Positions 26,052 through 37,571 of a DNA stretch of 64,000 bases are shown here, piece after piece. This DNA comes from Camelus dromedarius (taxonomy: Eukaryota). The notes beneath the pieces were generated by a model, which was not told the origin of the DNA, did not search any database, and saw nothing but the letters and a program-made list of their open reading frames with translations. The position numbers and the translations under genes are program-made. Location of the stretch: assembly GCF_036321535.1 (NCBI RefSeq), contig NC_087436.1:12462001-12526000 (forward strand), written 5' to 3'. Numbering within the stretch: the stretch's first letter is position 1; every line of letters starts with the position of its first letter.

Positions 26052-26612
26052 TGTATTAGTCAGGATCCATTTAGGAAAACAGAAACCAATTAGGTGTTTC
26101 AAGTGGAGGAAATGTGATACAGGAAATTTGTGACACAGATGTTGAAAAAGCTGAAGAGCTAAAGGGGAATGGAGAGGCAGCCCAGATATTAGTAATGCAA
26201 GAAAATTGCTTATGACTCTTAGGTCTATGGAAACAAAAGAGAGGATGTTTCCTGAGTATACATATGGGGCTAGGCCATTTGGTGCTGGAACCATGGAGGA
26301 AGGTCTCGGTGGCCAAAGCTGGAGTTGGTGAAGGGCTACAACTAGAAATATTCTAGAAATATTCCAAGCAACGGAGAGGAAGAAATAAACCATTTTTGTT
26401 CCCTCTCTCCTCTGAATTTCTACTAGAGACTTTTGTTTGTAGAAGATAACAAGACAAGAGACACTAGATAATATAATTTGCAGACTCCCGGCCCCTCAAT
26501 TGCAGTGAAAAGTAGGGAAGAGCAGGTGTAGTGCCAGGAGATGATAGGGAATGATGGGCAAAATGGGCATGGGGTTTTGGAGTTGATATAATTTTTAAAA
26601 AAAAACACACAC
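26052..26612 (-). mobile_element. Ancient LTR (LTR78/LTR79-like)
   Basis: TGTATTAGTCAGGATCCA..GGAAAACAGAAACCA..TAGGTGTTTCAAG terminus. Confidence 0.5.
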
Positions 26613-29220
26613 ACAGTACTAGTAAGCTTGTAATCAGTTTCATTTTGAGAGAGGTTAATAGATTTGAGCCAATATTACGCTGGTCCCAGTAAAACCTAAG
26701 CCTGCAGTAACAGACAGAACTTGGTCTGCCCTGTAAGGCTTCTATTGCCTAATAAAATAATCAGAACCTGGGCTTAACCATTGATCTCTATGTAATACCC
26801 AGAGCCCCTAGCAATATGTAGGGGACAAAGACAACAAAAAACTCACTGTTTTATGGATTTCATAATACAGCAGGTATATTATCACTTTCCCCCATTGGGA
26901 CACAGAAAGAAATTTTTTGTAGTGGCCTAGGGCAAGTTTGTTCCTCCACAAATGCCTCTTTCCAAACATCAAACATTATTTTCTTTTAACCCAAACACTG
27001 AATCACCTGCAGGAATGAGGACATGGTACAGAATCCAGCCCTACACAGAACTTGAAAAGTAGCTGTTTACACAAGGATTCTGTGAGATGCGGGAGCCTTG
27101 TTGCCTCATGACAAGGCATCACGTTTCAGCGCATGGAGGACCCCAATACCCAAGGGGCTAATTTGGAGCGTCAAGAACTAGAATTCTTAATACAGACGCT
27201 AGCGTTCTCAGGGCAGGAAGTAGCAGATGTAGTAGTTGTGAGATGCCCTCTCGGGATGTGGAGGGAAGTGGGCATCCAGGAAAGGTCAAAACAGAACCTG
27301 GTGCACATATTTCTGGCCTCATGTGTGACATCCCCAGAGATGCTCAGCAGTAATTCTCTGAGAGATTTTAGGCGATGATAAAAATGCTGCATTACCAGGT
27401 GGATTCAGAGGCCAGGGAAATACCTCATTTGCAATAATAGCTGGCAAGAATTACATAAATGATCATCTACTTGAATATATTCCCTCCTCTTACTTTCAAG
27501 ACTCCAAGAAAAACTTTTGGTTGACTCAATACATTTTTTTTTCTATCAGTAATTCAAATTGAATACTTACAGTGTCTCCCCAAACTTGTGTTCTTTTAAA
27601 AATGTGAAATAATTGTGGTGTTGCACTGTTCCATTTTCTAAGGGGTAGTTAATAAGATTATGGTCCTTTCAGTTTAACAGAAAACAAAGTAGAAAATAAG
27701 CCATGCTTGCTTCTGGATTTATTTTTCCGAGAACTGGTTCTTACAATGAATATTGAATTGTCCTTTTCCTGGCTGAAGTCACTTGGGTTTCCAAGATATT
27801 TTCAAACCCAGCGTATGGGACTTCAGCATGAGGGCCTCCATGCAGCCATCAAGTGTAACGGAAAGGCTCAACTAATGACTGGTGTACCTTCATGGGAGAG
27901 CTCTTTTCCTACTGGGGAGAAAGCCAATTACCTCTTGGCCCTAGTTTAGTCGTCTTCATTGCTATAACAACCCAAATTGTTTCTACTCAATAACAATTTC
28001 CAGAGGCAAGAGAGAAAATGTGTTGCCAAGGAGACTGCTGACCTGCAGAGGACGGAGGGGTTTATGGCACGTGTGACCATGCAGTCATGACTTCCTCCTC
28101 CAACTCTCAACCTGCAGGAACTCACAGAAGCTTCTCCATGAGACCACAGTAACACAGAGACACTGGTAAATCCCTCATGGTCCTCAGGTCATATTTTATG
28201 CCGGTTCATCTCAATCCAGTAACTTTGACTTATTTCTCGAATAACTTCCTTGGTGGCAACGAGAAATCTCCCAGAATGAGCAAGCAGAGAGCTCAATGTT
28301 ATGACAATTTTACGTCCTATGTAGAAACTCGTTTATTCACAGCCAAATGTAGTTGAGAATGTGGAAGCAATATGCTGATGTGAAGTGGAGTTCTCTAAGG
28401 ACTTGAAGAGACGTATACTCAGTGCCACTGTGTCCTGAAGCATCACGGTGGTATTCCATAGTCATCAAATCTCTTTTAAACAGAGCACAGAACTACAAGT
28501 ACTGATGTCATCTCCTTTTTAAAAAATAATTGCCCTTTAAGTATCACTTACTTAACTCATCTTTATTATTTCCATGATAAGGAAACATAATCTTCTTAAA
28601 GGCAATTGGAAATCACTAATATTCTACACACTAGCAATGTCAAATTGCACTGCAAAGAATTTGTCCAGGGTCTGCTCATCAGGTGAGATATGTAGAAAGA
28701 GTTAAAGAGACGGTGTCTCAGGTGTGGAAAAGTTCAGGTGGAAGGTTCACCTGAAGTGGCCAAAAGTAACAAATCCATAGGCAAATCTAAAAATCACAGT
28801 CTTGAAGAGATACCAAAGGTCACATATAGTCAGATAAGGTGTTCCAAATTTTCAGACTAATGACAAAGGCAAAGCTAAAAGCGGAGACATTCACTGAGAG
28901 CAAAAATGTCTACCACATACAATGCTAAGCTGAAATTGTGCACAAGGACCAGCCGTTGGGGAGCACACCTGTGTGTTCCTGGATGTATTATACGGGGCAG
29001 GAGGGTGGCTGGCAGCACTGTGCACAATCAGACAAGAATGAAGAGTCAGTTGCTCTAACGTTTCAGTTCAAGTAGTAAAAGAATTATTTCTTTTTATCAT
29101 TTTTAGTAAATTTCTCTGACTCCATGAAAGAAATGTCAACATACAGTGTGCAGTTGGGTTCTAATTTGGTCAAAAGCATATAAAAGTCAATTAGAATCTC
29201 AGGATTTTATGATGAACCTA

Positions 29221-29630
29221 TGTTACCGAGTCCAAACTCATTCTGCTCGCTGCACGACAGGCTAATAAATTAGGAGACAAGGCGCTGGGGCAAGGAATAG
29301 TGACTTTATTCGGAAAACCGGCAGACTGAGAGGATGGCAGACTGATGTCTTGGAGAACTATCCTGCTCTAGTCAGAATACAGGCTCCTTTTATACGAACA
29401 AACAGGGGAGGGGGTGTGGTTGGTTGTTGCAAACTTCTTGGTGTAGGAATTCTTTGTTCCTGCAGCTGTCCACGTGGGCCAGCTCATGGTGCTCCTGCAA
29501 AACCTCCAACAAAGCAAATGTTATTCTCTGTTCTGCAACTTGTTATCTTCATGTGAGTGCAGAGCTAGCAAGACGAAGCCTAGAAAACAGGGCGCAGGGT
29601 TAAAGCCAAAGGTTGTTCTTTTCTATTACA
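29221..29630 (-). mobile_element. ERV1 solo LTR, MER34-like, copy 1 (internally deleted)
   Basis: TG..CA ends with perfect 4-bp TSD CCTA; minus-strand TATAAAA and AATAAA; homologous to 31009-31520 and 51983-52497. Confidence 0.9.
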
Positions 29631-30319
29631 CCTATTCAGAGTAGGAAAAAAGGTCCTTCAGTAATTGATATATTTTGCTGAGCCGGGTGTACCCACCTTT
29701 ATGTTATTTCAAGAGTAACATTATGCATATTTGCCTCAGTAAGGTCATGCAATGCATTAATGGTACATTTAAGGAACACTTTATAATTTAAAAAAATTGC
29801 TCTGACTGAGCTTAGTTTTACATTATGCAGCAATACTGTATATATTCAAAGAATTTTTCGTTTTTTAAGAAAGGTCTCTACCAAAGTCCAAAATCTATTA
29901 GACATTCATGAACTTCAAAGCCACTCATGGTATACGCTCCTTCCTGGAAGCTTTGGGTGTTAGGGGAACATTATGCAGTCTTTGCTGTAAAAGGGACACT
30001 GGAATGCCTTAGGTACTGGTTCTGTACCTGCTCACAAATACAGTCGGGCTCAGAAATCTATAATTACTAACTCTGTGTGTCAATAAGCATCTCAAAGATA
30101 TTAGACCGAATTCTCTTTAAGGACCACTTTCTATGATTATTTCATTTTATTTTTTTTTAAACCTGCCAAGGTGCTAAACAGAAAAAAATGCAGACACGTG
30201 ATTAGAATTTGAAAAAATTTGCCTAGAAAACTTTAATTTGTCATGTAAGACCAAGTCAAACGTCATCTACTATCTCCTAAGGAAAGTGGTCGATTCATCC
30301 CTAGTGTTTCCTCAGCTCT

Positions 30320-30690
30320 TAATATGTACCTCCACGACATGCGCTATCACGTGTCTCTGTGGCGTGTGTTGTTATGTGCATCCATGACGTGTATGAGCGC
30401 GAACTTCCATAGCATGCATTAACGTGCACACGTACAACACGGGTTAACACGCACCTCCTTGCCTGTGTCAGCGTGTTCCTCCGTAACACATGCTAACACA
30501 TGCTAACAGGTACCTCCATAACTGTGTTACCCTCTATCCCCATAGTCTGCTTTAACATGTGCCTCTGTAACGTGTTAACACGTACCTCCATAACAAATGT
30601 TACCATGTGCCTCTGTAGTGTGTATTAGCATGTACCTCCATAATATGTGGTAACGCTAACATTCATAGCATGTGTGAATATGTACTTCTA
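30320..30690. repeat. Degenerate 23-25-bp minisatellite, consensus about TAACAYGTRCCTCYRTAACRYRTGT; resumes at about 31521-31570
   Basis: Units read directly: taacatgtgcctctgtaacgtgt / taacacgtacctccataacaaatgt / taccatgtgcctctgtagtgtgtat / tagcatgtacctccataatatgtgg. Confidence 0.85.
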
Positions 30691-30691
30691 A

Positions 30692-31001
30692 GTCTTAGTC
30701 CTTTGGTGCTGCTGTAACAAAAATGCCATAGACTGGGTGGTTTATAAACATCAGAAGCATTTCTTACAGTCTGGTTGCAGGCAGATTTGGTGTCTGGCCA
30801 GGGCTCATTTCCTGGGTTATAGAGGGCTTTCTTTTTTGCTGTGTCCTCACATGGTGGAAGGGGTGAGGGAGTTTTCTGGGGTTTCTTTTATAAGGGTGCT
30901 TAGCCCATTAATGAGAGTTCCACCATCAAGACCCAAGCACCTCCCAAAGCATTAGGCTTCAACATATGAATTTGGGGGGACACAAACATTCAGTGTATAG
31001 C
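30692..31001 (-). mobile_element. MaLR solo LTR (MLT1A-like)
   Basis: GTCTTAGTC..GCTGCTGTAACAAAAATGCCATAGACTGGGTGG..GGGGGGACACAAACATTCAG. Confidence 0.88.
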
Positions 31002-31008
31002 TCTGCAT

Positions 31009-31520
31009 TGTTACTAAGTCCAAACTCATTCTGCTCACTGCACAACAGGCCAATAAACTGGGAGACAAGGTGTTGGGGCAAGGAATAATGACTTTATTGA
31101 GAAAACCAGTAGACTGAGAAGATGGCAGACTAATGTCCTAGAGAACCATCTTCCCTGAATCAGAATTCAGGTTTCTTTTAAATGGAGGGGGGAGGGGGGT
31201 GTTGGTTGTTGCAAACTTCTTGGTGTCTGAATCCTTTGTTCTTGCAGCTGTCCACGTGGGTCAGATCATGATGTCCCTGTAAACCTCCAACAAAACAAAT
31301 GTTATTTTCTATTCTGCAACTTATTATCTTTATATGAATGGAAAAGTATTAATAGCCTTAAAGGTTAGAACCTTGAAAATAGGTTATCCTGTATATTTCA
31401 GGCTACAGGCAACATTCTTTTACAAAAGGTGAAGAACCAGCATGACTGAGCCCAGGAAACAGAGCACAGGGTTAAGGCTAAAGAACAGATCTAATATGGA
31501 GTCAGATTTATCCTATTACA
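31009..31520 (-). mobile_element. ERV1 solo LTR, MER34-like, copy 2
   Basis: TGTTACT..ATTACA; flanks GCAT/GTAT (3 of 4 TSD match). Confidence 0.9.
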
Positions 31521-31749
31521 GTATGACATGTGTGAGCATGTGTCTCTATAACACGTATTAATATGTATTCTGGCATCTAGATAGGGGTACATGATTCAGT
31601 TCTTACAGAATGGCTGATTGTTTGACTCCAACTGTACTTTATGTCATTAAGAGAAATTTGTTTATCTTAAGCCATCAAGGTAATACTAACTTAACTAACA
31701 CATGTCTCTTTCATGCATTAGATGAGAAGCTAATGCATTTTAGGCACGA

Positions 31750-31955
31750 TACTACTAAGACATATAAACAGCCTGCCTTCACAAGGCTTACACTGCAGAA
31801 GGCAGAAATCTAATATACAAGTAGACAAACAGCTAGTGGTAAGTCCTACAAAGGAGACATACGAACAGTGACATAGCAATTACTGTAGAACCTAACTTAG
31901 GTAGGGCAGTCAGGGGAGACTTGAGAAGGGGACATTTGGGCAGAGTTATGAAGGT
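31750..31955 (-). mobile_element. L2 fragment
   Basis: CCTGCCTTCACAAGGCTTACA..CAGTCAGGGGAGACTT..GACATTTGGGCAGAG. Confidence 0.55.
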
Positions 31956-34249
31956 CCAGAATGAGCTCGTTACTTCCTTCCTTTGTCTAAACTGCTCTGT
32001 AACAGCCACCACTGGCAAAGTGTCTGGTATATGATAGGTGCTTATAGAAAAATCAAAGAAAATTTAAAACTGATATGTAAAAAATATCTTCATGTAATAA
32101 ACGGATGAGTGCATAGATGAATTATAAGATCTATATTTGGTGAAAGCTCCCTTCAACTTAATTACATGTAAATTGATCTAAATTAAACTTCATTTAACAT
32201 GATATACTTCATTTTAGTCAAATTTATATTTAATTAGGTAGTTAACATGCTCTGATCATTTCACAACAGTTTTACAGAATGTTGATTACAGTTGATAAAT
32301 GAGCATTGTACTATGAATATTTAATATTTTGCTCATAACAAAGGGAATTCCATATTTTCTAAAATAATTTACAGTTAAAAATGCTTTCAATCATTTTTCC
32401 TCAGGCATTACTGATTGGACACTGTATTTTTATAATCTCTTCTTTAACATTCACATCACTTAAAATCTCTTACATGTAACCACTAGTCATTTCTCAATCT
32501 TAAGCCAATTATTTCTGAAGGGATGTCCCTGGCCTAGTAAATTCCATTTCCTTTTGGATCTTAAAAGATAAGGTAAGTAAGAATAACAATACCTGTATTT
32601 TTCTGACAGGTCAAGTATGAACTGAAAATTGAATTCCTAATTAATATGTGTCTGTTTAGAGAATTACCATTATATAAATGATCATTAGCATTATACTGTG
32701 TTAAGAATTCATGATAAAAAAATCAAATTTTGGTCTTGTCTTGAAAAATTTACCTAGCAAGAGGAAGCAGAGGACATAAAATAAATACATAGAACAAATA
32801 CACTTTTTACTTAAGTTTGAAAGGAAGAGTAAAACGGATCTGAGCTGCTTCTTTCTCTAACTCTCTGAAGGGTTAACTTTCCCACAGTAATTAAATTTTT
32901 TTTTCCAATATGGACCACACAGAGAGATTAATCCTTGTCAAAAAAATTAATTAGTAATAGTAAAATGTCAAGTCTGAGGGTAAGTTTCTTAGTGACAGGG
33001 CTAGTCAACTAACAGCATATTGGTAATACCTATACTGCTTCTGCAAAAGCCACAGAGTGATTAGCAGGAGCAGAGAGGGAGTCAACATTGCAACTTGTCC
33101 ATAAATGGCTGTAACATTTTTGACCCTGTCGACCCAAGTGGACAAAACGTAGCGATAAAAAGTGTAAAAGCCAGGAGATCTGGAAATAAATGTTTTGGGT
33201 TTTGTATGGCCGAGGTAATTGACTAAGAAAAAAGTGAAAGGAACAAAAGCCAATTTCGTTAGTACACTATAAGAAAGTACATATACTCTGTCTTCTAATC
33301 ATTTTTCCCCTGTATGTTTGAACCTAGACTATGAGGATATTTGCTGGAAGCAGATTTATTGTGCTTTAGCGAAAAGGTCTGGAAACAGAAACTTAGAAAG
33401 AATTTGGAAGGAATTGGTAGAAATTTGAAAGGAACAGAAGAAGCTAGAAGAAACAGACAAAGAAAATGTCAGACAGAAGTTCTGTATGTACTGTTATTTT
33501 TTAAAAGCAATTTGCATACTTGAACCACAAATTCTTTTGAAAGCAACTACATCCACAGTTATTAAAATCAATCTGGACCTTGAGTATAAAGTATGTTTTT
33601 TAAAAAACCAAAACCTCAGTTGTCCTAAGTAAAATCTGTTTTTTAATACTTGTCAGTTATAATGAGGTAAGAGAACACATTATTCTGCATATCTTTTGTT
33701 TAATGAAGATGTTTATAACACAGCTTTTGTTTTATTTCTCTGAATCTAGAGAAAGTTTTTGATATTTGAATGGTGGTGACTTTGAAGCCATTTTTTAAAA
33801 AATAAGAAGATGAAATCTTTGGGATTCAATATGAAATTATCTCCTAAGGCTGCAACATGGCATGTGTAGCAAAGGGAATGTCACATTTGAGAATGTTTTG
33901 AAATTTACTGCTGTCAGGGAGCTAGTTTAGAAGTTAGATATACAAGTTTTGTGATAGAAATGATAAGACAAAGCTTTTAAAAGTCTAAACTGCCCATTAA
34001 ATTTTTAATGAAACACATGTATAATGTGCTCATTGCTTGCATAATGATGATTCCTTTAGGGAATTGCTGCATTTTATGAATATTTGGCTTTTCTCCATTG
34101 TTCATTTTCCTTTCTGCTTAACTGGGATCGAGCTCACATTTGTCTTTCTCAGTAAATTCTTTGGGTTAAGAATCTCTGTGCTCAGGGAAAATGCAAGGGC
34201 ATTGGTAAAATACAATATTTCACCTTTCATTTTATTTCAGCTAGCAACT

Positions 34250-34679
34250 TGGAATTGAAATGGAGTCATTCCAGCCCTCCTCTGGTTAGAGACGCTTGTG
34301 CCAGTGTTTAGACTGCTCTCAGTCAGGCCATTTCTTCTTTCATAGGCAAATGGCTTGACTGTTTTCTCCAACCTCCCTTACAGTTGTGTATGCTGTGTGA
34401 CTGCGCTGTCGCTCCTGGAACAAGAGCAGAAGTGATTTGTGCGCCTTTCAGACCTGGCCTGTAAAACCTCCCAAGTGTGATCCTTCAGGTTCTTGCCCCT
34501 CTGTTGAGACTTTTGAGGCCAAATGAAGAAGATTACGGAGCACAGAATGGGGAGGGGGAGGTGAATCAGTAGCACCTACTTCAGACTTCATGAGCAGAGA
34601 AATACACTTGTAATGGATTGATGGATGAGATTTGAGGGTTTGCTTGTTACTGCAGCGAGCATTACCTTAACTAATAGAT
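34250..34679 (+). mobile_element. MaLR LTR (MLT1I/J-like)
   Basis: GAGATTTGAGGGTTTGCTTGTTACTGCAGC..CTAATA 3' terminus. Confidence 0.65.
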
Positions 34680-35616
34680 ACTTATGAGCAGAAATTTTTA
34701 AAAATTGTGACTTGAAAGAAACAAGATGCAATAAGTAGAGATGGATGGAAGAGAAATAATGCAAAAAAATTTAGAAAGAACAGTGACTGAATAGATGAAT
34801 AATTAAGTAATAATATATAATATTATTAAAATACATATAATATTTACATTCAGGTCTTCAAAGCCAACTTTTGATCCCTGGATTAAAGCATTGAGGAGAT
34901 GCAAATCCATGGGGTGTCTCACCTCCTGCCTTAGCGGGTACTGTGGCCAGAAGGGTTACACCAGGGGAGGAGAGACAGACACACTTCGAGAGCTGTAGGA
35001 ACTTGGCAGGAAAGAGACACTGGATTACTCAGTGCTTAACGCCATCATTGGAACTCTCATCTACCAACAGAAAGAATGTAGCCTTGAATATTTTGGCCAC
35101 ATATCCAGCAAAGTATTAAAAAAAAAAATGAAAAATCCATAGCTCTTGATTATTTCTTTAATTTAACAGAAGATGGTTCCACACTTTACTATTCATGTAA
35201 ATGTCATATGAGTAAGAAACAAATAAAGTGTTTTATGGTCAAATAGCTGTAGAAAAAGTTGGCAATATGCAGTTTCCCAAATTTGTTTGATCGCAGGCCT
35301 CTGCATGTGGAGCAACTCACAGTGCACAGATAATAGGAGGAAAGAAGTAAAGGACATGATAAAGCACATGAGGGATAGATGCAGGCACACACCATCCTGG
35401 TCTTGCCAGTAAATTGATAATTTTAATATTTTTTTTCCATTTAGACTGTATGGAATGCCCTCCAACTATGTTTATTATCCTGGTGTTCTCTGAGTTTGTA
35501 TTACAAGATAGCTAATCATGCCTGTTGAAAGACTTTTTCATTGGGACCTTGATTCCAAATCATGTTTCAATATTTCCAGGGTGAGTTAGAGAAGAAACCA
35601 GCATAACTAAAGTGTA

Positions 35617-35704
35617 ATTGGTTCACTGAGGCAGCCATATTGATCCATGTGCAATGTTCCATAGCTCTGCCCTCAGCGTTTTTGGTCCTATGTACCCAAG
35701 ATGA
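35617..35704 (+). repeat. 88-bp dispersed direct repeat, copy A
   Basis: Hand alignment to 37485-37571 gives 75/88 identical positions with one gap. Confidence 0.9.
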
Positions 35705-36596
35705 CTTTTATAGCTGTCATAACCAGCTTTATAGCTATGTCTTTGGCATCAGCTTCCTCTCTTCCATTGTCCATCCTAACATATGTCATTGTATAAATTA
35801 TTATTTGATTAACATTTGAGCTGCTTACAGAACAATCCAAATTGGATACCAGTAGTCTGGGAAATGACCTTGGGCAACAGAGAAGAGCTAAACAGCAATT
35901 TCCTTGGTCTCCTCTTGCAGCAATGAGAGTCTGTTGCTGTCTCACGCCAGAAACAAATCTGACAAATGAAGTGGCTGTGAAAGCGTGACCTTTTGAATTA
36001 ATATTCTTGACTTTCCATACTCCTGTCCAATGACAGGAGGACTCTGTAGGCACAAATGCAGCATCAACATTTCTATTATAATGTATAGGTGGGTGTGGAA
36101 GAATCAACAGCAGAAAACAAACAAAACAAAGGCCATTCAGTCGACAGGACAGCAATGATGCAAAACATTTGTAAATGATGCTCATACCAGAATTTCTCAG
36201 AGAAGGGAGTAGTATGTCCATTTTAGTGTATACACAGTCCTTAAGGTGAAAAATAAACAAATCTCTTCTTTGGCCAATTTCTTTACTTAGAGAAAGTAAA
36301 ATAAATAATGAGCCTGCAAAATAATAATAATAATAATAAATGTGCCAACAGTGTCTTCCTGAGGAAATATATTTGCATTCGTTTGGCCTTTTTCTAACTT
36401 CTGTTTCAATCTGTTTTTCAAGTAACATCATTATTTTTCCCACATAGCATTTTTTTTGAAATGACACTCTCCTGTTTAAAAAGTCATTTTTCATAGCCTC
36501 TGTGACTTTGAAATTGTGCTGTTTGGGTGCAGTTTCCTTTAAAACGCTCTGTTGGGGAAGGAACAGAAAAGCATGAACACAGGGAAATATAAGCAT
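35688..36596 (-). other. 302-codon ORF of unknown significance (no recognised homology)
   Basis: Longest ORF in the track; in-frame acceptor ttttctgttccttccccaacag| at 36549/36548; AATAAA on the minus strand at 35476-35471; confidence refers to it being coding. Confidence 0.2.
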
Positions 36597-36829
36597 TATT
36601 TTGTAATCACTTTAAATGGAGGATAATCTATAAAAATATTGGATCACACACAAAAAAAGAAAGGCATAAAAAAACTAGAAGCATTGCGCACAGATTTGTC
36701 TGCATTGTTTCATTTCAATAGATTCTGTCATCTTTATTCATATCCAATTTTTGAATGCTGCAGAACAAATGCTGTTCATGTATGAAAAGTTTTCATAGTC
36801 AGAGTCTCCTTTTTAAATTTTTACTTATT

Positions 36830-37160
36830 TATTTTTATTTTTTATCTACCTCTGTTTTTTATTTTTTTAATTGAAGTGTAGTTATTTACAATATCGTATT
36901 AGTTTCAGGTGTACAGCATAGTGATTCAATATTTTTATAGATTATACTCCATTTAAAGTTATTACAAACTAATGGGTATTCTTCCTTGTGCTGTACTATG
37001 GATCCTTCCTGCTTATCTATTTTATACATAGTACTTTGTATCTTTTAATCTCATATCCCTATTTTGCCCCTCCCCCTCCTCTCTCCCCACTGGTATCCAC
37101 TAGCTTGTTGAATCTGTTTCTGTTCTGTTATCTACATTCCTGTGTTTTATATTTTAGATT
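36830..37160 (-). mobile_element. Older artiodactyl-type L1 3' UTR
   Basis: TTAATTGAAGTGTAG..AGTTTCAGGTGTACAGCATAGTGATTCA..CTCCCCACTGGTATCCACTAG..TTTTAGATTC. Confidence 0.85.
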
Positions 37161-37484
37161 CTCTTAATATTATTGTTAGAAATGGAGCCTTAATGATCAT
37201 GGGACCTTGGGTTTGATATCCCCATTACCAGCAGAGAGACTGGGACCCCACTTCTTACAGCATTAGCGATCCAGCCCTTGCTTCCAAGGATTTTTTTTTT
37301 TTTCAAGGACAGATTCATGGCTTTGGTTACTCTGGTTCATAACTACAAAACTTAAAAAAAAGTTGCAAGTTAAACTTTATTTTTTACATATTACAAATGA
37401 GAAAACATGCAGAAAGCTGAGTTTTAAATTCAGATCTCTGCAGCTCCAAATCCATGTTCATTGACATCAAAATGTCTCATATAC

Positions 37485-37571
37485 ATTGGTTAACTGACGC
37501 AGCCATGTTGATCCATGTTCAATTTCCACAGCTCTTCCCTCAGCATTTCTGACTCTACGTACCCAAGATGA
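37485..37571 (+). repeat. Dispersed direct repeat, copy B
   Basis: See copy A at 35617-35704. Confidence 0.9.

Noticed and set aside
30320..30690. CRISPR-like repeat-spacer array
   Set aside because: Units are contiguous and degenerate with no unique spacers; the context is mammalian and has no cas genes
29221..31520. Two LTRs as the ends of a single provirus
   Set aside because: Each LTR has its own TSD, and the interval holds unique DNA, a minisatellite and a MaLR LTR, with no recognisable PBS, PPT or coding relic
32570..32578. Consensus donor AAG|gtaagt
   Set aside because: Isolated, with no convincing upstream acceptor or open frame
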